Source: Lama guanicoe
Taxonomy: Eukaryota
NCBI GenBank assembly: GCA_013239625.1
Contig: MU056313.1
Coordinates: forward strand, 4,898,435 to 4,962,434
Length of the DNA stretch: 64,000 nt
Direction of reading: 5' to 3'
Below are positions 37,287-49,963 of this stretch, in pieces. The notes under the pieces are model-generated. The model saw only the letters and a program-made list of their open reading frames with translations, made no database searches and had not been told where the DNA came from. The position numbers and the translations under genes are program-made. The stretch's first letter is position 1. The number at the start of each line of letters is the position of its first letter.

Positions 37287-37651
37287 TCATAAAAAAGAAT
37301 GAAATTCTGCCATTTGCAACAATGTGGATGGAACTAGAGAGTATTATGCTTCGTGAAAGAAGTCAGGCAGAGAAAGACGAATACTCTATGTTACTACCTA
37401 TATATGGAACCTAAAAAATAAAACAAATGAGTGTCTATGACAAGAGAATAGACTCGCAGATATAAAGAGCAAACAAGTGGTTACTTGTGGGGAGAGGGTC
37501 GAGGGAGGGCAAGACAGGACTAGAGGATTAAGAGCTAGGAACTACTATGTATAAAATAAATAAGCAACAAAGATATATTTACAGCACAGGGAAATGCAGC
37601 CTCTATTTTGTAATAACTTTAAATGGAGTATAATCTATAAAAATACTGAAT
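37287..37651 (+). mobile_element. L1 3'UTR fragment (no tail)
   Basis: cataaaaaagaatgaaattctgccatttgcaacaatgtggatggaactagag...acagcacagggaaat. Confidence 0.9.
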
Positions 37652-38449
37652 GGAGCAGCTGTTATAATTTTCAAAAATGGGAAGGAAGAGACTGCCAGAA
37701 AGTATACACACCCATTTGATGCATATTTGATAATTTCTATCTGGTGTTATTAAAGTATATTCAGTGATTTCTGAAACAATGAAGCAATTTATACAGGAAT
37801 CAGCATATGTTCACCCAACATAGTCATGGAGGTTTAACTTGTCAATGAAAAAAAAAATCAAGGTTACTGGTAAAGCTGAGGTTTTACGTAGGTTGGGCAA
37901 CAAACTGGTAAAGGTGAATCTGGAATCGTGCAAATGACCAAATTCCAAACCAGGGTTCAGTGTGGTTCAGCACCCACTGACAACAGAGGAATCCACAGCC
38001 GGGCAGCAGCCTGTCTTCAGCCCTCCCTGTTGGATAGTTTATCAAGAACGTGGTAGAAAACATAGTCGGTATGCTCACAGAAGCAACTGCATACAGTAAC
38101 AAGGGGGAAGTCATTCCTAGAAAGAACTGAATAGCAGTTTTTGCAGAGCAAAAATCAGAGGTTTAAGCAGATGTTGTCTTTAACTGAATCAGGATGACGT
38201 ACCGGCCACAGCGGTCCCCATGACCTTCACTGTCCTGACAGAAGTTCAGTGTCAAGAGCGAAGAAAGCCGCGGTCTCACACGGGTGAAGCCAACGCTCTG
38301 CCCAGCCTCTTACCACAGCTGAAAGGACTTGGTCCAGAGAAGGGAGGGACAGGTCGGGGTCATGACCTCAGCTGGAGGACTTGCAGGTTTTTAGCACGTA
38401 GTAGGTGCTTACAAAGTCACAGGGATCCTTTGAAACTAAGATTAGCAAG

Positions 38450-38660
38450 TGATAGTTAAGTGGAGGCAGATTTGGGTTTAACTTAGAACTTTTTAAGAAT
38501 TAGAATCGTCCTGGATTGAAATGAACCACTGAGATTCACACCAAGGAAAGAGAGGCTCAGTGACAACTGACTTGTGGGGGTTACTGCAGAGGACACTCAA
38601 GCAGGGAGTTGGAGAGAACAGCCTCCCAGTGCCCCTTACAACCAAACATTATGGTTCTCA
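38450..38660 (+). mobile_element. L3/CR1 LINE 3' end
   Basis: ggaggcagatttgggtttaacttagaactttttaagaattaga...gagttggagagaacagcctcccagtgccccttacaacc...attatggttct resembles the L3 tail. Confidence 0.55.
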
Positions 38661-40279
38661 TCCAGTGTCCTGATTTTTAAAAGGACTTTGTGAAGCTAAG
38701 GAGGTACTACTCTCCTAGGAAACACGCACTGATATTGCTGCAACAGACTTTACCAGCGTAGAGAAGTCTGTTTCAGGGTCACAACTCTGGATAAGTCACT
38801 AATTCAGCACTGGTAGGGCCAAGAGATGAATGACTCCAAGTTAAGAGATCTAAGCTCAACAATCAAAACCTTGTGACCTAGAATAGAAGGTAATTTCAAT
38901 TGTGAGCATTTCTGTACGGGAAGGTTGGGCCAGGCGACCTTCAAGGTAGATTTCGAGTCTCAGGTCTATCAGTTTACAAATAGACCTGTCCTGAGCGGCA
39001 GCTGAACTCCTGATAGCCACTGTAGCAAATACTAACAGGATTCTGGGGTGTAGACACAGGAGCCTGTTCTACAAAGCAGGGGCTTTCACTGCACTGCCCT
39101 TGGTTATGGCCTTAAGAGTTCCATGACTGATCTGCGACTCCACTAGGTAAAGTAAAATACACAATTTTGAGTCTATCTGATGTTGACACAAAGTTAAAAA
39201 AAAAAAAAAAGGAGCTACTCCTCGGGCTAAGGAGTTTCTGAGGAAGGACTAAGGGGCCGAGATTTAAAAGCCTGGGTGAGTGCTTGACAACAACAATCAG
39301 GTACTCACAGGAGAGCGTGTGGGTGCCGGCAAGCAGATGTCTTCTGTGTTGGATGAGAGCAGAACAAAAGAAGAGGATTTAGAGTAGAGTGGAAGCAATT
39401 TTTTGCGGGGGGGATGCCCTATGTCCCTAAGTGTCTTTGAGATAATGAAATACGTTACCCGGGAATGTTGACTAATCTACTTATCTAAAGGTTTCAAGAG
39501 AAACTGCAGGGCGCTCTGTGCCAGACGTCAGTGCGGTCCCAGATGACCTACTGTCTTCCCGGGTAGTGAGGTGAAAACTCAGACAACATATGTAATCCAA
39601 AGTAGGTCCATCTTAAAAAAGAACCAAAGTCTGTGGTATCTTTAATGTTGCTGTCATTTCATTTGGCTTTTCAAAAAAAATATTCTTTAGGACACTCATT
39701 GTCTAAGTCTAGTATCTGAGAAATGAACTGCTCCCCTAAAAGTCAGAACTGAGTATATTTTCATTTAGGTTGAAAAACTAGGAATTGCAGAGATAAAATT
39801 CCTCAGTGAAGCTACTACACTGCATGAAGTTGCTTCTGCATGAAGCTACACATGAAGAATTCTAAAAAATCAGAGTATTCTAACAGTTACTCTCCTCACA
39901 TGTTTAGGAATGGAGGTAGAGTGTATCACTTTTTTCCTATTAGCTTATATGGTTTGAAAAAAGGTTTTCTATTTTTTAAATTATTATTTGGTACAGCATC
40001 ATAAGTACTTTATTTGTTGTACACCTGTTGCACACTAGGCATTATGCCATTTACTTAATTAATGTGATATTAAAAAACATTTCAGTGCCTATATTAAAAC
40101 ATCCATTACATTTGAATGTTCGCTATGCTTTCCTGCCTTAAAGAACACAGAGAAATTACTTCAGAACATTCGCCCAGATGTTTTGGGCAGGAATGGGTTT
40201 TGACTAAGGCAAGTAAAGCATCTTTACAATTTGAGAGAACAGTTTGGTAAGCAGTTTTTTCTGCTGTGCACCGAAGCTT

Positions 40280-41362
40280 TGCCTTGCAAAATGGGGTCCT
40301 TGAGACTGGCAGCGTGGGCGTGGCTGGGAGCTTGTTAGAAATGCAGAATCGCATGCTCAGTATTGCTAATTATCAGAGAAATGCAAATCAAAACTACAGT
40401 GAGGTGTCATCTCACACAGATGAGAATGGCCACCATTAAAATCTCCACAAACAATTAATGCTGAAGAGGAACCCTCCCACACTGTTGGTGGGGATGTAAT
40501 TTGGTGCATGCACCGTGGAAAACAGTATGGAGATTCCTTACAAAACTAAAAACAGAGTTACCATATGATCTAGCAATCCCACTCCTGGTAATATATTTGG
40601 AGAAAACTCTAATTTGAAAAGATAAATGCACTCCAGTGTTAATAGCAGCACTATTTATAATAGCCAAGACATGGAAGGCCACCTAAATGTCCATCAACAG
40701 ATGACTGGATAAAGAAGATATGATAAATATATACATACACAGATCTACATATACACACACACACATATATATATATACACCATTTTATATATATACATAA
40801 TCGAATACTACTCAGCCATAAAAAAGAATGAAACAATGCCATTTGCAGCAACATGTATGGACCTAGAGATTATCATACTAAGTGAAGTAAGTCAGACAGA
40901 GAAAGACAAATATCATACAATATCACTTACATGTGGAATCTAAACAAATGACACAAATGAACTAATTTACAAAATGGAAACAGACCCACAGACATAAAAA
41001 ACAAACTTACAGGTACCAAAGGGGAAGATGGGGGGAGGGTTAAATTAGGAGTCTGGGATTAGCAGATACAAAATACCGTATATAAAGTGGATAAACAACA
41101 AAATCTTACTATATAGCACAGGGAACTATATTCAATATCTTGTACTAATCTATAATGAAAAAGAATATATATACGTGTATAACTGAATCACTATGCTCTA
41201 CACCAGAAACAAACACAACATTGTAAATCAGCTACATGTCAATTTAAAAAAAAGAAGAAATGCAGAATCTCAGACCTACTAAAGCAAAACCTGCACTTAA
41301 CAATCTGCATTTAAAAAAGACACTCAGTTGAATGGTATGCACATTTAAGTTTCAGAAGCATT
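40280..41362 (+). mobile_element. MER5A1 split by an L1 insertion
   Basis: ctgggagcttgttagaaatgcagaatc | L1 | agaaatgcagaatctcagacctact...aatctgcattt...gtatgcacatttaagtttcagaagca. Confidence 0.85.
40354..41255 (+). mobile_element. 5'-truncated L1 (~900 bp) with 17-bp TSD
   Basis: ORF2 remnant CSVLLIIREMQIKTTVRCHLTQMRMATIK, 3'UTR, A-tail; TSD agaaatgcagaatc(g/t)ca at 40337-40353 and 41256-41272; TT/AGAAA endonuclease site. Confidence 0.96.
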
Positions 41363-41909
41363 ATGATAAAAGACTGCTGAGAGCAGAAGAGAGCTGTTTC
41401 TTAGTCAAAGGGAAGAGAAGCAGAGTGCGCCCACTGGGCATCTCTGGGGAGGAGAAGGCAGTCTGTGCTTGTCTGCAGGAGGGATTGGCACCCCCCCATC
41501 CTTGACACTGGCCCCTTCTGACAGTGATCCTCACATAACAGCCTCTATTGTATTGAGGCTATACCTTGGCCAAATTCACTTCTTGGAATTCAGTGGCCTT
41601 GAGAAAGCAGTCTAAATTACACATTTAATGATTAAATTTCCCATTGCATCACCTACTACACTTTGACTCTCTCCCCATCATCCAGATAGCCTCCATTCCT
41701 ACAAGATCACCCAACGTATTCTGCATTTCTCATCCATGTGCCTTACTCATGCCTTTTCTCATGGTCGAATTCCTTCCTTCCTCTCTATTTCTGCAGAAAT
41801 TCTTCACATCTTTAAAGCCACACATTAAAGTTTAGTGTCCCACAGAGCCTTCCAAATCAGAATTGGTCACATCCTACTGAGCATTCCTCTAACACGCTGC
41901 TCTCTGCAT

Positions 41910-42158
41910 GGGCCACGTCTAAGAGCTCTGAGGTTCCAGGCACCTGGACTGAGCCCTCACTCCTTCGTTACTGCATCTGTGATGTTGGCCAAGATTCTTA
42001 ACTGGATCCTTAGTTTTATCACCTGTTACGTCGGGATGACAATACTATCTTCTTCGTAGGATTACTGTGAGGATTAAAAGAGGTAATCCTTATACACTGT
42101 TCACAGAGTGCTTGACAAATAGTAAGTTCTTAATACATAGTTTCTATTAATTGTAATG
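41910..42158 (+). mobile_element. MIR SINE
   Basis: ctgtgatgttggccaagattcttaac...taggattactgtgaggattaaaagaggtaat...agagtgcttgacaaatagtaagttcttaata. Confidence 0.8.
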
Positions 42159-43064
42159 AGAATCGTCTCAAGTGTCGATGCACTGACTGTCAGAGAGTGT
42201 TTCTGGGAATATGTGTGTATATTTTCCATCACATTAGCTTATACATTTCTTGAATGCAAAGATGAGAACATATCTATCTTTGTACTTCCTCAGTCTTAAG
42301 ATAGTCCGGGCAAGTATTAGTCTTACCACAGTTCATTGCATCAAATCACAACTGTTTTTCAATCATAACATAAGCCAATTTGTTTTTGACAATATTATGA
42401 ATAGGCACCATTCTCTGTAAATTATTTTTTAATTTATGTAACCTCTCAACCTTCTCTTCTACACTGTAATTTTTAAAACCTTCCCTAAAAATCTTTAAAT
42501 AGCACAATGATGTTTACGGGTCTTCCAAGATCTCCCCACACCCCCAAGTTGCATATTTAAGAGTTAGATTTTAACTAATCTCACTCCATTTGGGCACTGC
42601 CACTAAGCATTCTGATGTGTCTCATGGCTACTTAATGCAATTGCATTTTTCTTTCCCCAAATTATACTATGTTGCTGATTTTCAAATAGATGGTGTGTTT
42701 TCCATTAATTTTAGGCTCTATAGATGGAATAGATATTGATTGAATCAAGAATTATGAATAAACTCTTCCATAATTAGGTACAGCAGATAGACAAGTAACA
42801 GAAACTCACACCTCCTCCCATAAATTAGGTCTATGAATAATAGTACGTTGACAATATTTCATCTCCACAACAGTTTGATAATTGAAAAAGAAGTATAATG
42901 AATTAGATTTTAGAGGCCATACAGAAATAATCTGAGTGAATTTAATTATTTATACTTGAATATGAATATACCCAGTGGGTTTACGTAAATATTTAACTTT
43001 TTAATCAATCCATTGATGAATTACCAGATTTTAGACTTAGAAAATGCTTTAATAATAATTACAA

Positions 43065-43275
43065 ATGATTTTTATTAAATGCCAAAGAGTCTAAATGTTT
43101 AACAAGTTTATGTTATTTAACCCTATGAGGGAGAAGCTATTACTATAATTTCCATTTCACAGATGATAACACTGAGGTTTAGAGAGGTAAGGAAAACACC
43201 CAAGGTCGCACACTTCATAAGTGGCTTAGCCAGGATAAAACCCAGACTCTGTGAGTCTAATGTCTGCATTTAAAA
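43065..43275 (-). mobile_element. MIR SINE
   Basis: ccatttcacagatgataacactgaggtttagagaggtaagg...cccaaggtcgcacac. Confidence 0.8.
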
Positions 43276-44218
43276 TACAACAATCTCTCCTTTGTTTGGT
43301 TGAAACTGAAACCCAAAGTATTTAATACCCAAGGTTATCTAATTTGCTAGTGATGGGCTAAGGATTAATTTAAGTGGCATGACTACAAGCCTTATGTTTC
43401 TTCCAGGAGATTCTTCACAAGACTTGAGTTAGATTGTTTACATTAATATCTTTTAAAGATAATGAATAAAGCTGACTTAAATGAACTCCTTTAAAGGGTG
43501 GCTACTCCATAAAATCCAGTGAAACTAGTATCAATTTCATAATGAAATCCATGTATTAAAAAGCTTAGATAAGCACCCCTTGTTAAAAGAGGAAAAAGCA
43601 CTTGAAAACACGAACTAAGTTATAATGAAGGTCATTTTTTTGAAAGGTTTCAAACATTCACAACAAAACAAAATGCCTAAGCCAGGATTTTTTTAAAAAG
43701 GAAAGGAAATGGATATAAAGAGAATGAGGGGGATGGCAAGACCAGTCTCATCTTTACACATTTTATGTTTTCATGTTGTTCGTGTATTTTAATTGCCCAT
43801 AAGATGGTGAAAACATCTATGTCCATAAATATTTTATGTCTCCTGCTATCACATCATAATAAATCATTTGATATTTGTGTCTTTGATAGGAATGTTGCCA
43901 ATGTAATAAAAGCATACTTATGAATATCTTTGGTTTGATGAAAAAAGGCACAGTATTTTGCAATATAAATTGCTAGTGATACTGTAACATAGTACAATGA
44001 TAATGAGGTTAAAAAAAACCCTAAAAACTCTATGGGAAATATGGCATTTCACTTTATCTAGAGTTCTGATTCATCCAGAAAATCTTTCTTACTGCTAAAT
44101 AATTACAATTTTGCCTTTAAAGCACTAGAAATATTTTTCTACAAAAATTTATGAGTGAAGCCTGAATGTTTTAGACAGGATTGTTGTAACACATGATTAT
44201 TAAAACAGAACCATAGAG

Positions 44219-44440
44219 CAAAGTTTTTCCATCTTGGCACTATTGATGATTTGGGCTGGATAATGTATTGTTGTGAGAAGATGTCTGTGACCTGCAGGAC
44301 ATTTAGCATCATCTCTGGCCTCTGCTCCCTAGAATCAGGAGCACACGGAATACCACTCTCCCACTTGTGAAACCAAAAATGTCTCCAGGCATTGGGGTTA
44401 TCCCCTGGGGCACAAAACTGCCCCGTGTTGGGATCTACTG
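44219..44440 (-). mobile_element. MER20
   Basis: ttggcactattgatgatttgggctggataat...aaccaaaaatgtctccaggcattg...cccctggggcacaaaactgcccc. Confidence 0.9.
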
Positions 44441-44872
44441 CTTTAAATAACACCCTAAAATAATTGTTTACGTGCTTTATTCAAAACTCTGTTAAATAAT
44501 CTTCAAATTGACTAGTTTTTAATATTCAAGACTGCATGTCAATAGAACAAAGTTTAAATTACCTTTTCTGGAGTTTCCAATTGAATAAGCATCTCTCATC
44601 TGTATTTATTTTGAAATTGTTATTTGTCAATATGCATTCATTTACATTTATAATCTGCACACATATAGATTTTTCTGAAGTCCAAGAATGCTTTACCATA
44701 TTCATGAACGTCCTTCTTATGCAATTATTTCTCAACAATCTTCCTAACTAGATCAATATGATTTTTCTCCTTGTCATTTAAGTCAGTAGACTACATAAAA
44801 GTAAGTCTGGAAGGTAAGCAGTTATGGAATTATACAAAAATTATAATTCCCTTGAAAAATGAATGCCTGGCC

Positions 44873-44980
44873 CAGTGCTACTCAAAAGTGTAGCCTATGG
44901 ATTCCCCCATCCCAGAATTTCCTGAGATGCTTGTTCATGTGATAGGCCACTGGTCCCCTCCCCAGACCTGTAGACCTATA
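44873..44980 (+). mobile_element. MER5-family fragment
   Basis: cagtgctactcaaaagtgt...gatgcttgtt...ggtcccctccccagacct. Confidence 0.55.
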
Positions 44981-45879
44981 GGATCTGTTGTTCCACAGCT
45001 TAATGAGCTGCAGACATTCAACAGTCATGGACACATGCCACAGAAAGAAGAAAAGGAATGCATTTCTGAAGTTATTCATTCATTCTGACATGTTATAACA
45101 TAGCTATTCTTTATGGGCCCAATTTGATTCTAACTCATATATCTTAACCTCTTTTTATTGATCAATAATAAACATTCAAGATCTTTCTTGAATTTACCAA
45201 ATTTTCAGATAGGTGTCCCTTAGTAGGGCTGTTCCTTTGTCAGATAACATTTGATCTACTAAAAGGCTTTACTGATCTGCTTAAACCTACCAATAAACAA
45301 TAACTTAGTTGCTTGTCTATAAAAATCTATGCAATTGATTTACTTTAATCCAATAATCACCTTTTATTTAAAAATACTCATTTGAGAATTTGAAGAACCT
45401 AAGAATGCCAAGATCCAATACCTGTGGTTTCTCTTTCCACATCACTTTTCCAAATAATCGCTCATCAAGCTCACTTTTCCTAACGGTAATTTTGTATTTT
45501 TATAAAACTATTTTAAATACATGATATTTTAATGCATGGGTGGTTCCATTCATGTCTCTGAGAACAAGGCAACAATTATTGCTTCACACCCAAACCTGAG
45601 AACTTATAAGTATCTCTGTCAAAAGTAAGAGATAATCCAAGTTTATAAAAATGTACTCTTAAGTACCACAATAACTTGGGAAAATTCCAGATAGTTTCGT
45701 AGACTTTTTGCTATGACTGGTGAAAATAATAAAGGGGAGACAATAAATTTTAAGCCAGAAAGGACAGGCCCGAAACTAAAGTAAAAAATACATACAAGCT
45801 ATGTAATATGTCGGAATATACAGTGCTTCCATATTCATTCTGGCCTTACTTCTACAATTAAACATATTAAACGTTCGCC

Positions 45880-47440
45880 ATCACTTTTTTGGTTGACATT
45901 TTCTCAGTTACAATTTATTGTAGGAAATTGATCTTCCAGTTGCTCAATAAGGAAGGGCTTATGAATACAGTATTCTCTAAATTTTTGTATATTTAAGACT
46001 GTTTTTTTGCAGTCTTAATTTTTTTTTCTAAGTACAAAGTTCTTTTTCATACTTTTTTTTTTGAGTTACTTAAAAATTTTGCTCTTGAGAAATATGGTGC
46101 TTCCTGAATATTTGTTATTTGTATTCCTATAAATTGATCTTTATGCCTGGATGCTCTACGGACTTTTTGTTTTTAGAGTATAGAAAACTACAGTACGTCT
46201 TGGAGCTGACTGCTTCATGACAATTTCTCCAGGTACGTAGTAAGCCCTTTCAATACAGTAAGGCTCAGGTTTCTTTAATTTCTAGGAAAGTTTTAAATAT
46301 TAACTCTATTCCACTGTTTCATTTTTCTTATTCAGGTTCTCCAATTACATGCATATTGGACTTCTTTGCCTACCTTCCATTTCTCTTTTTTTTAACTTTT
46401 TTTTATTGAGTTATAGTCATTTTACAATGTTGTGTCAAATTCCAGTGTAGAGCACAATTTTTCAGTGCCTAGCTTCCATTTCAATCACTTTTTTTCTCTG
46501 ATTCTTTTTTGCCCCTTTATTTCAACTTTATTCTGTTGGTTCTTTCCTGTCTACCTTTGATGTCTTTTATTAGATTTTCATTTGAATATTTTCTTCCTTA
46601 GGACCTAGTCAATTAGTCCTTATTTCTAAGATGATTTTGCTTTTCTTTTTCATGTATTTCCTGAATTTAATCAACTTTCATTGCTTTTTTTTTTTTAGCA
46701 TTCTGATGTTAATTTTTGAACTTCTAATTCCACTTTAAAAAATATCTCTCAATTCTTGTTTGATAACCCTAAATGTAAATGGGAGTGTTGTGTTAACAAT
46801 TCTCCTCTGCTTTGTGGCTGTTTTCCACCAGCTGGGATGTTCTGAATCACACGATCTATTTCCTCCTATTTAGCTTTGTATATAGTTTCACTTCGTTGGG
46901 GATGGGGGCTATGTACCCAGGTGTCTCATGGCAGGGCTCCTAGTTCAAGGGCACCCTCTGCTGTCTGTGCTTGTCTGGCTTCTCTCTTAATGTACGTTGC
47001 TGCGGAACCAGTATTTCCCCTCTGCCCTTCTCCCTTCCCATCACTCCCGTTCTTCTGAGGGGCACTACACATCTTTCTATTTCTCTCTTTTTCTCTCGGA
47101 AGAAATACGTCTTCAAGATTGCCGCCTCTGCTCGCTCTCAAGCACCTTCTCTGTCACTGCTGCTGTCGTCTACCAAGTTCCAGACCTGCGTTTGTTATTT
47201 TGGCAACTAGTGAGGCACTTTCTGGAGGGTGACTCTGTCTGTGCTGCTTCCCTTCCCAGGGCAGTGGCGTCAGCCCTCCTCCTCCATTCTCTGCATCCAT
47301 CAGCTGGTAGCAATGACAGGAGCTCCATTAAAGCCTGATATTTACTTCTGCCTGTCTTCCAGTATTGCAAAAGGCATGGGTGAAATGTGATTTTCTTTGT
47401 TCTTCTTTAAGTTTTCCTTTTTTTTTTAAAGAGGATTTTT
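45880..47440 (-). mobile_element. HAL1/old L1M-like element (ORF1 and 5' region)
   Basis: aggaagggcttatgaatacagtattctct...tgcctggatgctc...aagcccttttcaat...ctccaattacatgcatattgga, HAL1-like; boundaries approximate. Confidence 0.55.
46384..46465 (-). mobile_element. 82-bp young L1 3' terminus with 17-bp TSD
   Basis: poly-T + attgagttatagtcattttacaatgttgtgtcaaattccagtgtagagcacaatttttcag; TSD tgccta(c/g)cttccatttc at 46367-46383 and 46466-46482. Confidence 0.9.
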
Positions 47441-49643
47441 GGAAATCCAGACAGCCGCTCACATCCTTCAGTGGGCCAGAGTAGCTATAATGAGGAAGTT
47501 ATACTGAGGAAGCAGTGCACTGCTGAGCCCAGGCGTGGTGGTGCATCTCGGGGGTCAAGATGAGGAGTCCCTAACATGGGGAGAAGCTTAAGGGCACCAA
47601 TTTATGCACTCTGGCACTCTCCACCAGGATAATACTTCCCAGCTTACTTTCTGATCTAAACTAGGTGGATCACTGGTCTTATTTCAGAAGGAAAACTACC
47701 CTTTAACAAAGTCCTCCTGTTCTCCTCTTCCTCCTGGGGATCCGCTTTTATTCAGTTATCCACATAATTTAACATTTTATAAATCCCCAACCCAGGGATG
47801 TATGCTCACCGACATGAGTCCCTCTTCTACTGGATCATTTCTTTAAATTATGGCAAATAATAACAGAGTCAACTGTATATATTTTTCTCTCTAAACCTTT
47901 TCCCCCCAAGACTGCAGCTGTACTTCATTTGTACAGTGATGTTTGGGGGTTTATCTGAACGTAAATTTACATCCTTGGCTGTAAATATGTATCCCTGTTA
48001 TGTCTCTGTATGTGTTTTTCAATTCTCATTGATGAGTAAAGGAACGCTTAACAATATATTATGATGACTTGACTTGAGAGTAGCTAGCTGTTTTGTCCCC
48101 AGAGTTATTTGGGGAAAAAACTTTGCTTCTTCTTGAATCAACATTTGTTCAGTCACCTTAAATAATATGATTCTATATGTAGCGATGTATTGATTTTTTC
48201 TTTTTTTATCTTCATTCACAGAATCAGAGTCATGAAAAATTGTTCTAGTAATCATAATCATCAACATCCTAATTTTATAAATGCTTATTTTTCTTTCAAA
48301 TGAGCAAGAAATAAATGATTTTTATGAGGTAAAAAAATGATCCTATTTTTTCACCATCATACTTAAAAGACTTCACATCACAGATCCTGGTTTTTATGTT
48401 TACACGTCTATCTAACACGTAGTACATTAAAAAAAAGACCCAACATTTCCCAAGAGATCAGCCCTCATAATCAAATAAAATAATCTATGCAAAGTGGAGT
48501 GTTACACAAGAAAATGAAAATTTATTGGAAAAACATAAAGCTCAGGCACATCTTTCTGGATCAAGTAGCAGAGGGTAAACTTAAAAAAAAAATAGCTAAT
48601 TCTGTTCTTCCTTAAAAAGAATGACCTATGTAAATTTAAATCGGCAAACCCTTCTTAATAATCATGGTGATCCTGGATCATGCCCAAAGTCCCATATTTG
48701 CACTCATTCTCTAATAATTCATAAAAGTTTTATATAAACATATAAAATAACCATCTGCTCATGGAATAGTTGCTGAAAAATAATCCTTACAATTATGTGG
48801 AGAATGTAAATAAATTACAGTGGATTTATCAACTCATCAGATGACCTGATAAAATATCGACTCTAAAATTATGACTCGAAGCTTAGCCATTCTGAAATTA
48901 GTCATCCTTTTTGGTTGCTGTTGTGAAAGGAAACCACTGAAAATGCTATTGCTTTAAATCCCATGATATGCTCTTCTGTGCCACAGAATTATATTTTTTT
49001 AAAAGGAAGTAACATGAAAATAAATGGAAGCAGGTAAATCAAGGAAAAGTATAAAAGGGCCTTCAGAGATTACCCATTTTACAATGTTGGCCAACCATTA
49101 AGGAACAAATCTCTTTCTTTTCACGTTTCCCGTTCTTAGTGTATATTTTATAATTATTAGGACATTTTAAGTTTGTGAATATAATAGGAAATTCTCTTCT
49201 TCTGTAAAAAACAAAGACATGACAAATGAAACCTTAATTTGAATTTTCCACTTGAAAAACCTTTCTTTCAGAGAAGCAGAATGTTATAAAATAGCCCTGA
49301 GTCAAATTAGAATTGTTCCACTACATGTATACTGTTCTATAAGCAAGGAAAAAGAATAATAACGATTATTCATTTATATTTTTCAGTGGGACAAACCAGC
49401 TCTGGGCAACGCAGGCTGGCTTTATAGAAAGCCATAATCAAAATGATCTATAACAGTTTTGCCAGTGTGTATGTCAACATACTCTCTGTGATCATGCCTG
49501 TTTCCACAATTTAATAAGAGCTCAAATTAAAGTTCTCAAATTGAGCATTCCTAGAATAGACAGTAACCTGATTTTGCCAAATAATTTCAACTCTGGTTTT
49601 GAGTTAACCTGAGTCAGTGCTAAACAGTGTTGATCATCTAGGG

Positions 49644-49963
49644 CCAGGTTGTCAAAATTTGTCTGTATAGGGCCAGCCTGAAAATGTTTTGGGTTTTGCA
49701 AGAACATACAATGCCTGTTGTAGCTACTCAGTTTGGAAGGAAGAGCAAACAGAGCAGCCACAGACACTGTAAGTGATAGATGTAGCTACGTTCCAGTAAA
49801 ATTTTATTTAGGGACAATGAAATTTGACATGTGATTTCACATGTCACAAAGTATTCTTTTTCTTTTGATTTTTTTCAATCATATAACAGTATAAAAACAA
49901 TTCTTAGCTCATGGGCTACCTAAAAACAGATTTGGGCCAACGATTGTAGTTTGCTGACTTGTT
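49644..49963 (+). mobile_element. MER58B (hAT-Charlie)
   Basis: tagggccagcctgaaaatgtttt...gcagccacagac...gttccagtaaaattttattta...attcttagctcatgggct...tagtttgctgac; flanks atctaggg/atctagaa resemble an 8-bp hAT TSD. Confidence 0.85.

Noticed and set aside
40455-40854. Minus-strand ORFs (also 15080-15313 and 22933-23127)
   Set aside because: Antisense translations of L1 3' ends and their microsatellites
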